From NCBI GenBank assembly GCA_963821235.1, contig CAWGCS010000001.1, forward strand, positions 46,804 through 110,803: DNA of 64,000 nucleotides, given 5' to 3'. The notes below the pieces were generated by a model. The model made no database searches and was not told where the DNA came from. It saw nothing but the letters and a program-made list of their open reading frames with translations. Both the position numbers and the translations under genes were made by a program. This document shows, piece by piece, positions 62,931 to 64,000 of the stretch (position 1 is its first letter; every line of letters begins with the position of its first letter). Source of the DNA: an uncultured Chloroflexia bacterium (GTDB taxonomy: Bacteria > Chloroflexota > Limnocylindria > Limnocylindrales > CSP1-4).

Positions 62931-63875
62931 TCACGGAGGTGCCGGCGAGACCCCTCTAGCTGCCGCCAGCGTCGCCCACGTCTCGGCCAACGCAATCCGT
63001 CGGCGGACCTGGCGTCGCCAGGCCGGCGCCTGGACACGGAACGGGCCCGTCGCCAGCCCAACGAGGGTCGCGGCCGTCGCGCGCCGGAGCTCGGCCGGTT
63101 CGACTGCGCGATCGAACGCGGGCTGGAGACGACAGCGCCAGCGGTCGATCGCGGCCCGCCGGCGAGGAACGGCGTCGCCGAGGGCCACGAGATGGCCGAG
63201 CATGGTCGCCAGGTCGTGGACGCGCCGGCCGGGACCGGCGCCGTCGACATCGAGCATGCCGATCACTCGGCTCCCCTCGACGAGCAGCTGCGCCTCGTGC
63301 AGATCGCCGTGGGTCGTCACGACGGGACCCGTGCCCGCCGGCCCGCCGAGCCGACCGAGCAGCGCCTCGAGACGCTCCTGCTCACCTGGCATGACGGCCG
63401 CGAGCAGCCCGGCGTGGGCGGCAGCACGTCCCAGCGGGCCATGGGAGACGGACTCGGTCGACCCGATCGCTGGGGCCGGCAGGCGGTCGAGGAGGTCGAC
63501 GAGCGCGTCGCCATCCGGAAGCCGATCGACGGCTGCGTCGTCGCCGCTGAGCAGCACGTCGCGGGCCGTCCGTCCGTCCAGCGCGGCAAGGACGACGATG
63601 CCGTCGTCCGGCCACGTGGCGACCACCTCGGGCACCGGGACATGCCCGTCGAGCGCGGCCAGCCGGTCGAGGAGACCTCCCAGCTCGTCGGGAGGCACGA
63701 CCTTGAGGTACCGCTCGAATCCTGCGGCACCCTGGCCACGCTCACCGACACGGACCCGGACGACCGCGCGGCGCCCGGGTCGGTAGGACCGGACGTCGAG
63801 CGTCACCGCCCGGCCAGGAACGCCCAGGCGTGCCGCCACCGCCGGGGCGGAGACCGCCACTCGAAGACCAGGCAA
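62931..63875 (-). CDS. aminoglycoside/choline-kinase-like phosphotransferase (APH family)
   Basis: HGDLHEAQLL catalytic loop plus a D-x-x ... metal-binding region. The TTG start at 63875 is tentative; the true start may differ. Confidence 0.65.
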   Translation of the reverse strand: MPGLRVAVSAPAVAARLGVPGRAVTLDVRSYRPGRRAVVRVRVGERGQGAAGFERYLKVVPPDELGGLLDRLAALDGHVPVPEVVATWPDDGIVVLAALDGRTARDVLLSGDDAAVDRLPDGDALVDLLDRLPAPAIGSTESVSHGPLGRAAAHAGLLAAVMPGEQERLEALLGRLGGPAGTGPVVTTHGDLHEAQLLVEGSRVIGMLDVDGAGPGRRVHDLATMLGHLVALGDAVPRRRAAIDRWRCRLQPAFDRAVEPAELRRATAATLVGLATGPFRVQAPAWRRQVRRRIALAETWATLAAARGVSPAPP

Positions 63876-64000
63876 GGACGAGTCTGCCGGGTAGCGGAGG
63901 ATCCCGACGGTCAGGTCGTCGGCGCTGACGACCAGGGTCCCCGCCGGCGGTCCGTCGATGTCGACGATCGCGACGAGCGACTCCGGGATCGCCGGGCCGC

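Overview
This is a 64 kb chromosomal segment of about 74% GC. Codon usage and high-GC third positions are typical of Actinomycetota, but the gene order is Firmicutes-like, which suggests a deep-branching actinobacterial lineage (inference, low confidence). Almost all long six-frame ORFs that run antisense or out of frame to the genes below are GC-driven artefacts rich in Arg/Pro/Gly. The ORF track translates GTG and TTG starts as M. I support about 55 protein genes, one tRNA, and several regulatory sites and hairpins. I found no transposase, integrase, CRISPR array or phage genes. In order, the window contains: (1) a glycerol/dihydroxyacetone locus, glpK (5' end only), dhaL, dhaK, glpF, then dhaL2-dhaM; (2) a third Dak2/DhaL paralog translationally coupled to a cytoplasmic GAF-PAS histidine kinase and an OmpR-type response regulator; (3) mfd, pth, ybeY, a PgpH-like 7TM-HD phosphodiesterase, yqeY and rpsU; (4) an acyl-CoA ligase, a lipoprotein, a HIT protein, mtaB, prmA and dnaJ; (5) ppgK and two divergently transcribed ABC-2 exporter operons lying between dnaJ and dnaK; (6) dnaK, grpE and hrcA with a CIRCE operator, then hemW, a CPBP-like membrane protein and lepA; (7) rpsT with a long Ala/Lys-rich tail, a DMT transporter and a PfkB kinase; (8) eno, pgk and gap, with no tpiA; (9) a 46-aa zinc-ribbon gene missing from the ORF track; (10) a 1175-aa lamin-tail-domain surface protein; (11) a split SOS mutasome, with dnaE2 (1401 aa, three insertions) and imuA-imuB-small ORF about 3 kb apart, each preceded by a TAGAAC-N4-GTTCGAT LexA-box-like motif and separated by a TetR/MBL-hydrolase pair with twin operators; (12) tRNA-Ala(CGC), two paralogous secreted proteins with in-frame 18-bp tandem-repeat tails, and an APH-family kinase.
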